The notes under the pieces: generated by a model
What the model was told of the DNA's origin: nothing
Seen by the model: the letters and a program-made list of their open reading frames with translations, nothing else
Databases searched by the model: none
Position numbers and translations under genes: made by a program
Assembly (NCBI GenBank): GCA_027491395.1
Contig: JAOZFI010000041.1
Location: forward strand, 64,001 to 128,000
Reading direction: 5' to 3'
Source of the DNA: Thermoproteota archaeon
GTDB taxonomy: Archaea > Korarchaeota > Korarchaeia > Korarchaeales > Korarchaeaceae
Length of the DNA stretch: 64,000 bases
In this document: in pieces, positions 28,213 to 37,631 of the stretch
Layout of the letters: each line of letters starts with the position of its first letter
Position numbering within the stretch: the first letter of the stretch is position 1

Positions 28213-28632
28213 GTGAATTTTCCCTCCTCGGGGGTGAAACTATATTTGAGGAATAGATCAGAAGGGGTAGAGAAGTATCTTATATACATCAGATCCGGCA
28301 GTTTATTAAAAGAAGTTTCCGTAGAATTCCTGAGGCACCTCTCCCCTATAACGATAGAGAGGCTCTACAGGAACCTCCCGCTGCAGGGCATGGTGGTAAG
28401 GGACAACAACCTGATATACATCTCAGCCCCCATAGATACGAGGTTGGAGAAACCGAGGAATCGACTGAGGAAAGGGCATGTGGCCTATTCTCCCTCTAAG
28501 AAGATGATAATGATAGCATTGGAGGACGTTAGACTCAATGAAAGCGTTAACTCGCTCGGTAGAGTGGTCGAGGGGCTGGAAGAGCTTGAAAAACTGAGAA
28601 CCGGCAATATGGTGAGGTTGGAGAGGGAATGA
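28213..28632 (+). CDS. Cyclophilin-like fold protein (DUF369/TM1367-like)
   Basis: SPITIERLYRNLP...GHVAYSP...VNSLGRVVEGLEEL. Confidence 0.7.
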   Translation: MNFPSSGVKLYLRNRSEGVEKYLIYIRSGSLLKEVSVEFLRHLSPITIERLYRNLPLQGMVVRDNNLIYISAPIDTRLEKPRNRLRKGHVAYSPSKKMIMIALEDVRLNESVNSLGRVVEGLEELEKLRTGNMVRLERE

Positions 28633-29282
28633 TCTCCTTTCTCTGGAAGGGATGCTCGGCGATCCTACTCAGGGTGCAGGACCTCAACCTGCTGATGGAT
28701 CCGGGCGATCACTTCGCCATAGAGGAGCTACACAGCATCGCTGCTTGGGTGGATGCCGTATTCTATACCCACGAGCACACCGGGCACTTCGATCCGGATT
28801 TTCTCAGCTCTCTGATAAGGGAATTCTCCCCGTACATGATCGTGAATAAGGGGGTCTTCAGGACCATAAGGAGGTGGGTGGACTGGGATCGACTGATCAA
28901 GCTGAAGGAAGGGGAGAGTACCGAGGTTCTAGGGATTAGAGTTCACGCGCTCAGGGCCGTGCATCCCGGAGTTCATCCCGTGGTGTTCCTGCTGGAGATC
29001 GGAGGTAAAGCAATATTTCACGGCGATAGCTCGGGATTCTCCCACATGTTCGAGGCCTTTTCCCCTGTGGATCTGGCCTTCGTACCCTCAGGGAGTCCCT
29101 CCCCAAATGCCAATCCTAAGGAGGCAGTGAGGATAATCAGGGCCCTAGTACCTAGAGTAGTAGTACCTTTCCACGGGGACTCCTCGGAGCTCCAAGAAGT
29201 GGAGAAGAGGGTGAGGTTGGCGAATCTCAACACCGAGGTGGTCTTGCCCGAGCCCGGCGAGCTGATCACGCTCGAGATTTGA
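28629..29282 (+). CDS. Metallo-beta-lactamase-fold hydrolase (UlaG-like)
   Basis: LMDPG, YTHEHTGHFD, FHGDS, VPFHG. Confidence 0.82.
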   Translation: MISFLWKGCSAILLRVQDLNLLMDPGDHFAIEELHSIAAWVDAVFYTHEHTGHFDPDFLSSLIREFSPYMIVNKGVFRTIRRWVDWDRLIKLKEGESTEVLGIRVHALRAVHPGVHPVVFLLEIGGKAIFHGDSSGFSHMFEAFSPVDLAFVPSGSPSPNANPKEAVRIIRALVPRVVVPFHGDSSELQEVEKRVRLANLNTEVVLPEPGELITLEI

Positions 29283-30237
29283 AGTGTTCCCATCCCCCCT
29301 CCTCAACTTCCTCTACCTTACCATCCAGTCTCACGAAGACTCCCCTATCCTCCACCACTCTACCGATCCTGATTAGGGAGAGGCCCTCCTTGGAGAATTC
29401 CTCCTCTAGAGAATAGACCCTGTCTTGAGGAACGGAGAATACTATCTCATACTCCTCTCCTCCATGAAAAGCTACCTCCACCGGATCGATCCTTCCCTTA
29501 GAAGCGAGCATCTCCACCATTGGGTGGAGAGGAATCCTCTCAACTAAGAATCCAAATCCACTCGCTCTAGAGAGTTCCTCGAGCGACCAATAGAGCCCGT
29601 CGCTGCTATCAACTGATGATGAGGCATAAGCTGATGCAGCGATACCCTCTTGGATTCGAGCTATCGGTTCGTAAGCCGCCTTCAAGGCTTCAACCCTCAC
29701 ATCGCTTGGCAAGTCCATGCCCCCGAGGAGGTGCTGGAAGGCCAGCCAAGTGAGTCCAAACCAACCCGTAGTGAACAGCACATCTCCCGGCTTTGCTCCA
29801 GACCTCTTCACCAAGTTACTCTCGATTTTACCCACTGCGAAGCCTGCAATCACGAGTTCTCTCGATTCTCCAAGGTCCCCACCGACGAAGTAGGCGCCGA
29901 ATTCCCTAGATCCCTCCTCCAATCCCTTCACCACAGAGATAAACTCCTCGTCGCTCATATCCCTGCTTAGTCCAGCGGAGGCCATGAAGAAGAGAGGTCT
30001 AGCTCCCTTAGCAGCCAGATCTGAGAAGTTGGAGACCACGCACTTCCTGGCCAACTGCCTGAGGCTCATCCCCGGTAATAGATCGGTCGCCTCAGCCACC
30101 ATGTCGGTATTAAACACGTAGATCCCATCGACCAGCCTCCTAGCTGAAGCATCATCTCTACCGGGTTCTAGAAGCTCCTCAGGATCCCTACTGATGATCT
30201 CTCTGATCAGATCGATGAGTTCCCTTTCCGGTCTCAC
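29266..30237 (-). CDS. thiL: Thiamine-monophosphate kinase
   Basis: DDA, NFSDLAAKGA, GGDL, RSGAKPGD, DSSDGL, GGEEYEIVF. Confidence 0.93.
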   Translation of the reverse strand: MRPERELIDLIREIISRDPEELLEPGRDDASARRLVDGIYVFNTDMVAEATDLLPGMSLRQLARKCVVSNFSDLAAKGARPLFFMASAGLSRDMSDEEFISVVKGLEEGSREFGAYFVGGDLGESRELVIAGFAVGKIESNLVKRSGAKPGDVLFTTGWFGLTWLAFQHLLGGMDLPSDVRVEALKAAYEPIARIQEGIAASAYASSSVDSSDGLYWSLEELSRASGFGFLVERIPLHPMVEMLASKGRIDPVEVAFHGGEEYEIVFSVPQDRVYSLEEEFSKEGLSLIRIGRVVEDRGVFVRLDGKVEEVEEGGWEHFKSRA

Positions 30238-30297
30238 GATACGAAGATCCCGACTAAATGTTAAATCTCTTTCCTAATGAGGAGGCTAGGTGGTCGC

Positions 30298-31619
30298 ATG
30301 GTTAAGAAGGTCGTCATAATGGGGGCCGCAGGCCGCGATTTCCACAACTTCAACGTCTTCTTCCGGGACAATGAGGATTACCGGGTGGTCGCCTTCACGG
30401 CGGCCCAGCTACCCGATATAGCAGGCAGGATATACCCGCCCGAGCTGGCAGGTAGGCTTTACCCAGAGGGCATACCCATAGTCCCGGAGGAGGATCTCCC
30501 TAGGCTGATAAGGGAGCAGAGAGTTGACTTAGTCGTCTTCTCTTACAGCGACGTCTCTCACCAGTACTTGATGGAAAGGGCTGCGGTAGCTCAGGCCAAC
30601 GGCGCCGATTTCATGCTGCTAGGTCCTAAGAGCACCATGCTTGAGTCGGAGAAGCCCATCATTGCTGTCACAGCCGTCAGGACGGGGGCTGGGAAGAGCC
30701 CAACCAGCCGGAGGATATCCAAGATACTGAAACAGAGAGGGCTCAAGGTAGCGGTAGTCAGGCATCCTATGCCCTACGGAGACCTGAAGAAGCAAGTGGT
30801 CCAGAAATTCACCTCCCTAGGGACCTAGACAGGTATAACGCCACTATTGAGGAGAGAGAGGACTACGAACCTCATCTGAAGCTGGGCAACGTGGTTCTGG
30901 CTGGAGTGGACTACGAGAAGGTGCTAAGGGAAGCGGAGAAGGAGGGAGACGTGATCCTGTGGGACGGTGGAAACAACGACTTCCCGTTCTTCAAGCCGGA
31001 CCTGATGATCACGGTAGCCGATCCCCTCAGAGCAGGGCATGAGCTTACATACTGGCCTGGCAGCGTGAACATCAGGATGGCGGATGTGGTAATAATAAGC
31101 AAGGTGGACACGGCAAGCTACACCCAAGTAAACGAGATCCTTGAGAACTTAGAGAGGGTCAACCCTAAGGCTAGAGTGATCACCGCCGCCATGCCCTATA
31201 TGGTCGAGGAGCCCGAGCTGGTGGAGGGCCGGAGGGTAGTGGTGGTGGAGGACGGCCCGACGGTCACCCACGGCGAGATGGGCTACGGTGCTGGATATTT
31301 GATGGCGAAGAGGCTTCATGCTGAAGTAATTGATCCCAGACCCTACGCAGTCGGGTCCATAAAGGAGGTATACGATAAGTACCCGCATCTGGGACCCGTG
31401 CTACCGGCGATGGGCTACAGCAATAGGCAGATGCGTGAGCTGGAGGAGACGATTAACGCGATACCTGCGGAAGCGGTTGTCCTAGGAACACCAACTGACT
31501 TGGGCAGGTATCTGAAGATAGACAAGCCAACGGCCCATGTGAAGTATGAACTACAAGAGATAGGGCCACTCACCTTGGACAAGGTAATCGACGATTTCCT
31601 AGAAAGGGTGAGACTTTGA
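30298..31619 (+). pseudogene. ArcE (arginine synthetase) / cyclic-2,3-diphosphoglycerate-synthetase-family P-loop protein, split by a 1-nt frameshift at ~30820
   Basis: The 5' ORF (GAAGRDFHNFN, TAVRTGAGKS, RHPMPYG) joins the 3' frame (DLDRYNATIEEREDYEPH, WDGGNND, VEDGPT, PAMGY) if one base is restored in CTA-GG-GAC. May be an assembly error. Confidence 0.8.
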
Positions 31620-32368
31620 ATGGAAGGGAGAGGAGGATCTGGCTCCTCACATGGAAGGAGTTCAAGGAAGCTTTGGAGGATACGGACCTAGTTATACTAC
31701 CCATGGGCGTCAGCGAGGCTCATGGAAACCACCTGCCTCTGGGCACTGACTTCATCATACCTGAATGGATAGCGGAGTGGCTGGCCGAGGAGCTGAATGC
31801 ACTGATCGCACCCCCCATAAGATACGGGGTCGTTACTGGCCTCTCTGGGTATTGGGGGTCTATGAGCGTGAGGGAGAGCACCTTGGAGGCGCTCACGTAC
31901 GACGTACTGACCGAACTCTCCAACAACGGATTCGAGCGGGTGATAATACTCAACGGTCACGGTGGTTCCGGTCAAGTTAGGGCGATCACCAATGCCATGA
32001 AGAGAGCTTGGAGGGAATTGGGCCTCAAGAGTCTGATGGTGATGTGGTGGGAGCTCTCCTCAGACATCACGGAGGAACTGCTCGGTGGCAGTGGCGGACA
32101 CGCGGGTGTCGATGAGACAGCTATGGTGATGGCAGTTGATCCTAGCCTAGTGAAGGGGAAGATGGAGAAGGAGGAGATATACAGGTTGAGGAAGGGTATA
32201 TCCCCCACGCCGATGCCCGGATCCATACTCTCATATGACGACGGGTTCGTCGATGCCATCCCGTCCCCCGACAAAGCGGAAGAGTTCGCTAAGAAGCTAC
32301 TTGAGAGAATAAAGGAGGAAATAGAGAAGATCTTGGATGGATGGGACAGACAGGACATTCTGGTATAA
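31616..32368 (+). CDS. Creatininase-family amidohydrolase
   Basis: PMGVSEAHGNHLPLGTD, NGHGG, GHAGVDETA; overlaps the preceding stop (TTGA). Confidence 0.9.
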   Translation: MNGRERRIWLLTWKEFKEALEDTDLVILPMGVSEAHGNHLPLGTDFIIPEWIAEWLAEELNALIAPPIRYGVVTGLSGYWGSMSVRESTLEALTYDVLTELSNNGFERVIILNGHGGSGQVRAITNAMKRAWRELGLKSLMVMWWELSSDITEELLGGSGGHAGVDETAMVMAVDPSLVKGKMEKEEIYRLRKGISPTPMPGSILSYDDGFVDAIPSPDKAEEFAKKLLERIKEEIEKILDGWDRQDILV

Positions 32369-32376
32369 ACGCGGCT

Positions 32377-33093
32377 CTAGATCAAACTATTCCTCCAATT
32401 TTTGGCCCTGAGAACTATCCTCTTGATCATAGCAGTTTCGAACATTCTCCTCTCATCGGGGTACAGCAGCAGGTAGGGTGTATCTTCCCTCAGCCCAGGG
32501 ATTACTCTATGGAGGGGCCTGGTGTCAGAGATGTGTACAGCCACGCCAACGAGCTTCCTATGAGCTAACATAATGGCTGGAGTATGATCGTGAATGTACA
32601 CGACGCCCAACCTTGGATCCGCAAGTCTATCCGCTATTTCCTTGGAATTACTACCAATCAGCTCAAACGCTGCGTACTGATCCCTGCCCAACCTAGTCAC
32701 TAGGGCTTGAAGCTTCCTTGCGGCGACTAACGGATTGCCCTCGTAAGGTCTCTGGGAGGGTCTGATGACCAGGAAATCAGCATTTATGGAGTAAGCGAGC
32801 CTCATAGCCTCCTCAACACTCTTGATGGAGGCCTCCGCTATGTGGGGATTAGTGCTGAACACGTTCACATCGCTCACAGGAGATCTCACTGCCACTATCG
32901 TGTCAAGTTCCCTCACAACCGTTCTCAGGTGGGATATGACTGACCTGTGGAGCAGGGATGGCAGGTAGCGCGGAGGCTCCGTGGAGACCACGACACCCTC
33001 GCATCCGGACCTGACCAGTAGCATGACCACCTCAGGGAGCTCAGCTCCCCACATGAAGTCAGTCGAACACAAAAGCCTCAAACCCTTCGTCAA
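32377..33093 (-). CDS. Degenerate xylose-isomerase/AP-endonuclease-2-like TIM-barrel protein
   Basis: VRSPVSDVNVFS.NPHIAEASIKSVEEAMRLA...VIRP...VHISD aligns to the family, with Arg where metal-binding His residues are expected. Confidence 0.65.
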   Translation of the reverse strand: MTKGLRLLCSTDFMWGAELPEVVMLLVRSGCEGVVVSTEPPRYLPSLLHRSVISHLRTVVRELDTIVAVRSPVSDVNVFSTNPHIAEASIKSVEEAMRLAYSINADFLVIRPSQRPYEGNPLVAARKLQALVTRLGRDQYAAFELIGSNSKEIADRLADPRLGVVYIHDHTPAIMLAHRKLVGVAVHISDTRPLHRVIPGLREDTPYLLLYPDERRMFETAMIKRIVLRAKNWRNSLI

Positions 33094-33624
33094 GATTACC
33101 CCCTTGCTTCCGGGTAGAATTTCGATCCTTGTAGGTATATAATTTTGATCTTAAATATGCAAGATTTACCCATCTCTGGCCCCAATGGTTCGAGATATCT
33201 TTTTCAAAACGATGATTTACTGAAAATTATTCTGAGACAGGTATTCTAAGATCTTACAACCAATCTGTCACAATATAGGGGCTCTCATCGGGAGGGAAAG
33301 GTTATTATACGGCTATAGAAGATGAAAGGTCACAGCATAGATTTGTTCTTAGATACCCCAAGTATTCTATCTCCTTGCATGATACCAAATCCGTTAATGC
33401 TATCATCAATAATATACACACTAAAATTTATTTAGGATAGTAAATTTCAATAAAATAGAATTATTCAATACAACAATGGATAAATATACATTGTTAGATT
33501 TATATTCTTTCTGAGCATTGGAAACCCTTCTATCATTTACTGGATTGTAGAGGGATACCATACCACTGATAAGGCTATCGAGATATAGGCAATTACTTCG
33601 ATCGATCGATTCTTCGCCGAGAAA

Positions 33625-33642
33625 ATAGAAAAGCTTATATTT
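33625..33642 (+). promoter_or_regulatory. BRE/TATA promoter of the histone gene
   Basis: atagaaaagcTTATATTT; SD GAGGTGA about 7 nt before the ATG at 33698. Confidence 0.6.
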
Positions 33643-33697
33643 AATCTTCCATTGTTTGAATACGGCCCTATAAGGGTTTGTCAAGAGGTGAGACTAT

Positions 33698-33928
33698 ATG
33701 CCCCAGAAGCCTGCCAAGCATCTACCCCTTGCTCCCGTATACCGGATCATAAAGGAGGCCGGCGCTGAGAGGGTCAGCGATGACGCTAAGGCCAGGCTAG
33801 CCTACTATCTTGAGAAGTTCGCTTACGAGGTAGGCAAGTACGCTGTTGACCTAGCCAGACACGCCAAGAGGAAGACCGTCACCGACAGAGACATCGAGCT
33901 GGCCGTAGAGGCCATCTGGAAGAAGTAA
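33698..33928 (+). CDS. Archaeal histone (HMf-like)
   Basis: LPLAPVYRIIKEAGAERVSDDA...ARHAKRKTV...DIELA histone fold. Confidence 0.96.
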   Translation: MPQKPAKHLPLAPVYRIIKEAGAERVSDDAKARLAYYLEKFAYEVGKYAVDLARHAKRKTVTDRDIELAVEAIWKK

Positions 33929-33943
33929 GCCGGCCTCCCTAAC

Positions 33944-33955
33944 CCTCTTTCTTTT
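33944..33955 (+). terminator. Oligo-T terminator of the histone gene
   Basis: cctctttctttt shortly after the stop codon. Confidence 0.5.
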
Positions 33956-34028
33956 AACTCGATTATACGGCCTCATCGGAACTGGGAACTACTCCTTTCA
34001 TAATAGTCTAACTCGTTCAACTGTGAAA

Positions 34029-34103
34029 CGGGCCCGGGGGGACTTGAACCCCCGACCTGCGGCTCCGAAGGCCGCCGCTCTATCCTTGCTGAGCTACGGG
34101 CCC
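34029..34103 (-). tRNA. tRNA-Arg(TCG), intronless, CCA not encoded
   Basis: GGGCCCGTAGCTCAGCAAGGATAGAGCGGCGGCCT-TCG-GAGCCGCAGGTCGGGGGTTCAAGTCCCCCCGGGCCCG folds as a cloverleaf; TATTAA about 25 nt upstream. Confidence 0.96.
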
Positions 34104-34147
34104 CCAGAAGATGGGATCCTTCGGGCTTAATAGTGTATGCCCTCTAG

Positions 34148-35335
34148 TCACTCTCCCTTCCCACCCTTAATCACCTGTCTGCTGAAGAAGTAGGCCCCTA
34201 CTAGCAGCATCACCACCGATAATACGAGCAAGGTCCAATCACCCTCTGCCAGCTTGGCTCCGACCAGACCGAAGAATGTAGCTCTTGGGACGATTGCTAG
34301 TACATTCGCCAATACGAAGACGAGGAAATTCATCCCGACAGCTCCGGCCACGTAAGAGGTGACATCTAAGGGAAGAAATGGGATAAGCCTAGTTATGAAG
34401 ACCAGCCAGCCACCCCACCTGTCAAACCACGAGTAGACCTTCCTCAACAGGTCCTCCCTTATGTAGTACTCTAGGATCCTCTTTCCCAAAGCCCTAGCGA
34501 TGAAGTAGTTGATGATCGAGCCGACAGCTATCCCCATACCACCATATATCCCCACCTCAACAGGACTCATGCCCAAAGCCCCAGCAGCGACTAGGACAGC
34601 ATCCGCAGGTATGGGTGAGATCACGGCTTGGAGAATCATCGCAGCGAAGAGACCTATTGCCCCATGTCTCCTGACGAAAGAAGAGATCTCCTCTGCCATG
34701 GCTTGATAATGTTCCAGATGCTCTCCTATGAATCTGACTTGATACACATTGCCGAGAAGAGCTAAGGAGGTGAGGAAGCCAAAGCTGCTAGGCCTCATAC
34801 TCAGTTTACTCAGGAAAATAACGACCACGAATCCCTCCAGCAAGTAGAGCCCCCAAAATGGAGAAGGAGGTTCAGCAATCAGTTGAGCCAGTACGGGTGG
34901 TAGGGAGGCTATCGAGGAGATCGCTATGGCCCTCCTAATGGAAACCCCAGATGAGGTCAGCAAGGCCATGGAAAGGCCGCTCCCCCCAAACCCTATCGAG
35001 CTAACGCCTTGAGCGAATCCAGACACAAAACCATCCATAGCATCAGGATTTCGACCTTCTTCTACAGAGAGAAGTCCCCACCTGAGAAAAGCTACAGCTA
35101 AAAGTCCGATTAATGAGAGACCAGCTACTATTAACCCTCCCATAGTGGGATCGACGTAATTCAGCCACCCTCTCAGTAAGAAGGTTAGTAACGAGGAGGT
35201 CATCAGGGCAGATACCGCCGCCTTAGGCTCCAACCCCTCCCTAGCTAGGTATATCCCCGGTATTCCAGCGAGGTGTCCCGAGGGAAGGGGCCATACGGGT
35301 ATCCACTCTAGGAGCCCGGCGGCGTACTCCAGCAT
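34148..35335 (-). CDS. Fusion of a degenerate BacA/UppP-like domain with a DedA/TVP38 (VTT) domain
   Basis: N-terminal GLLEWIPV...SGHL and GFAQG...SG...G...AIAISSIASLP (BacA-like); C-terminal ISPIPA, GSIINYFIAR, RLIPFLPLDVTSYVAG (DedA). Confidence 0.78.
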   Translation of the reverse strand: MLEYAAGLLEWIPVWPLPSGHLAGIPGIYLAREGLEPKAAVSALMTSSLLTFLLRGWLNYVDPTMGGLIVAGLSLIGLLAVAFLRWGLLSVEEGRNPDAMDGFVSGFAQGVSSIGFGGSGLSMALLTSSGVSIRRAIAISSIASLPPVLAQLIAEPPSPFWGLYLLEGFVVVIFLSKLSMRPSSFGFLTSLALLGNVYQVRFIGEHLEHYQAMAEEISSFVRRHGAIGLFAAMILQAVISPIPADAVLVAAGALGMSPVEVGIYGGMGIAVGSIINYFIARALGKRILEYYIREDLLRKVYSWFDRWGGWLVFITRLIPFLPLDVTSYVAGAVGMNFLVFVLANVLAIVPRATFFGLVGAKLAEGDWTLLVLSVVMLLVGAYFFSRQVIKGGKGE

Positions 35336-35381
35336 ATGCAGGATGATAAAGTTTCAAATATTAATAGTGGTTGGTGGCTTG

Positions 35382-36182
35382 ATGGTCGACTTCACCTACG
35401 GGGGGATGAACAACCCCCATAGAGACCTGATGGAGGAGATAGAATCCATTCTGGAGCTCGGTTTGGATTACGTAGAAATAACGGTCGAATGGCCCTATTC
35501 ATGGGTAGACACGATTCTCAATCATATAGTCGAGCTGAATGATCTGGCCAGTTCTCACAACTCCTTTTACCTGATACACTCCCCTTGGTACTTGGAGGTA
35601 GGCCATCCCTATGATGAGGTTAGGAAGGGGGCCCTCAAGGAGGCTTTCAAGGTCTTAGATATCGCCGCCAGACTGGAATCCCCCTACGCAACCTTTCACC
35701 CCTTCACCCCAGGATGGCTAGCCGCCATCAGGGAGAAGGCTAGGGAGTTCAATGTAGCGGGTTTCAGGGAGCTGGTTGCATATTCCAAGGAGAAGGGGGT
35801 TCAAGTACTGGTCGAGAATGTGGATCACGGTGCCTTCAGGTCGCCCTCCGATATAAGGTACCTAGTGGATAACGTTCCAGAGCTGTTCGTCACCCTCGAT
35901 ATCGGACACACCTTCCTCAATGGAGGTGTGGATAAGCTCAAATCCTACATAAACAAGCTCGGCAGTGAGATCATGCATCTACACGCCCACGACAATGACC
36001 TCAACAGGGATCTTCACCTCCCCATAGGAGCTGGCAGGATACCGTGGAATGAGACTGTTGAGGAGATCAGGTCTTGGGGATACAAGGGTACGGTGACATT
36101 GGAACCCCACGTATCGGACATTGACTACTTAAGGATATCTAGGGATAAGCTCTCATCCCTACTTGAGGCTCCAAGCCACTAA
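35382..36182 (+). CDS. Sugar-phosphate isomerase/epimerase (AP-endonuclease-2 TIM barrel) family
   Basis: IHSP, FHP, VEN, LDIGH, HLHAHDN...DLHLPIGAG, TLE metal ligands intact. Confidence 0.85.
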   Translation: MVDFTYGGMNNPHRDLMEEIESILELGLDYVEITVEWPYSWVDTILNHIVELNDLASSHNSFYLIHSPWYLEVGHPYDEVRKGALKEAFKVLDIAARLESPYATFHPFTPGWLAAIREKAREFNVAGFRELVAYSKEKGVQVLVENVDHGAFRSPSDIRYLVDNVPELFVTLDIGHTFLNGGVDKLKSYINKLGSEIMHLHAHDNDLNRDLHLPIGAGRIPWNETVEEIRSWGYKGTVTLEPHVSDIDYLRISRDKLSSLLEAPSH

Positions 36183-36725
36183 ACATGTGGCAGAGGTTAT
36201 TAGGACGGAGACCACCATGCCCAGCAGGATCTGACCCAGTGTGTGGGAGCCTGATCTCCATCTGGACCAAGCCAAAACGGGGACCAAGGCCATCAGCAGA
36301 GCTCCTAGGGGATAATTCCCTAAGATCATTAAGAAGGTGGCCGGACCAGCTAGGCCCGCCATGTGAACACTCACCTTGGTGGCGCAGTGATTGATCACGG
36401 CTATTGCTAGTGTGACCGCCAGATAAGATAGGGAGAGAACGGCCATCGGGCATGAGCCCAGTGATGTAAGCAATACAGTGGCTACAGAATAGCAGACTAT
36501 GGCCTGAGCGAAAAAGGGACCTCTAGCGTACCTATCCGGGACGAGGATGTCCATCTCCCCTGAGAGAGACTTCTTCACAACGTTGGCCACGGGGCAGATG
36601 ACGATCAACAGGAAGGACACTATGAGGCTCAAGAGATCTGGGTACATGGCATAGACTCCTAGAGACGAGATGGCTGCTATGGTCACCGGTGACAGCAGCA
36701 GGGCTATGGCTCTGTGAGTGTCCAT
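36159..36725 (-). CDS. PAP2-superfamily-like membrane phosphatase
   Basis: Multi-TM protein; KVSVHMAG (C2-like) and WSRWRSGSHTLGQ (C3-like SRxxxxxH). Confidence 0.7.
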   Translation of the reverse strand: MDTHRAIALLLSPVTIAAISSLGVYAMYPDLLSLIVSFLLIVICPVANVVKKSLSGEMDILVPDRYARGPFFAQAIVCYSVATVLLTSLGSCPMAVLSLSYLAVTLAIAVINHCATKVSVHMAGLAGPATFLMILGNYPLGALLMALVPVLAWSRWRSGSHTLGQILLGMVVSVLITSATCLVAWSLK

Positions 36726-36776
36726 CGGTGGCCAATCCTAGGTTGATTTAAAAAAGAGTTTCCCCGCCTAAAACCT

Positions 36777-37631
36777 ATGAAAACGAAAGTTTCCCTCCTT
36801 TACTCATTGAGAGATCCAGCGGGCAGGAACATGGCCTCCGAGATAAGTGAGAGGTTGGGGGAGCAATTCGATTTGAGAGGTAAGAGCATAGAGTTAGTCA
36901 GCTTCGAGAGGGAGATTCTCTACGTAAAAAGCTGTGAGGAGCTTGGAGTATCCGATTTTGACTACGTGGTGGTACTCTCTAGGCATAGCGGTACCCCTCA
37001 CAGACCCATACTTACTGCTCATGTCCCTGGGAACTTCGGTCGGGCTAAGTATGGGGGCGAGTCCTTCAAGCTGGGCATAGCAATACCCTCCCTCATGAAG
37101 GAGTACTTGGTGGCCGCCTCTAAGAGGGTGGAAGGGACGGGATATTCTGTGGGATTCGAGCCGACCCACCATGGTCCCACCATCGAAAAGCCCATAGCCT
37201 TCTTGGAGATAGGCTGCGATGAGGAAGCTTGGAACGATCCCAATGGAATAAGAATGGCAGCGGAATCCGTAGTAGAGGCGCTGGAGAACTGGACCGTGGG
37301 TAAATACATCCCGACAATAGCTTTTGGTGGCCCACACGTGAACGACCACTTCACTAGGGTGGAACTCAAGACGATGTATGCGATCGGCCACACGGCGAGG
37401 AAGCTAGATGCCAGCTGGGTCGATGTTACCATGGTAAGGCAGGCGATCGAGAGGAACGGAGAACCGCCCGAAATGGCCATAGTCGATAACAAGGGTTTGA
37501 AGGGAGAGGATCGGGAGAGGATAGAGACGGCTTTAAGGGAGATCGGACTGAGGATGGTTAGGGTAAAAAAACTCCTGAGGGAGGGAATTGAGGTCTGGGA
37601 AGAGCAGGGGGGTCAAAAGGAAGAAGTATAG
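36777..37631 (+). CDS. dtdA: D-aminoacyl-tRNA deacylase, archaeal DTD2/GEK1 type
   Basis: LSRHSG, LTAHVPGN, EPTHHGPT, FLEIG, FGGPH. Confidence 0.92.
   Translation: MKTKVSLLYSLRDPAGRNMASEISERLGEQFDLRGKSIELVSFEREILYVKSCEELGVSDFDYVVVLSRHSGTPHRPILTAHVPGNFGRAKYGGESFKLGIAIPSLMKEYLVAASKRVEGTGYSVGFEPTHHGPTIEKPIAFLEIGCDEEAWNDPNGIRMAAESVVEALENWTVGKYIPTIAFGGPHVNDHFTRVELKTMYAIGHTARKLDASWVDVTMVRQAIERNGEPPEMAIVDNKGLKGEDRERIETALREIGLRMVRVKKLLREGIEVWEEQGGQKEEV

Noticed and set aside
33421-33684. 87-aa minus-strand ORF in the AT-rich gap
   Set aside because: Atypical composition, overlaps the histone promoter, no SD or motif
33965-34025. Possible second C/D sRNA downstream of tRNA-Arg (two ATGA boxes on the minus strand)
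   Set aside because: No acceptable C or C' box, no terminal stem and no recognisable rRNA target
34014-34040. ORB-like gttcaactgtgaaac followed by a G-run
   Set aside because: Single degenerate copy, and the G-run belongs to the tRNA-Arg gene
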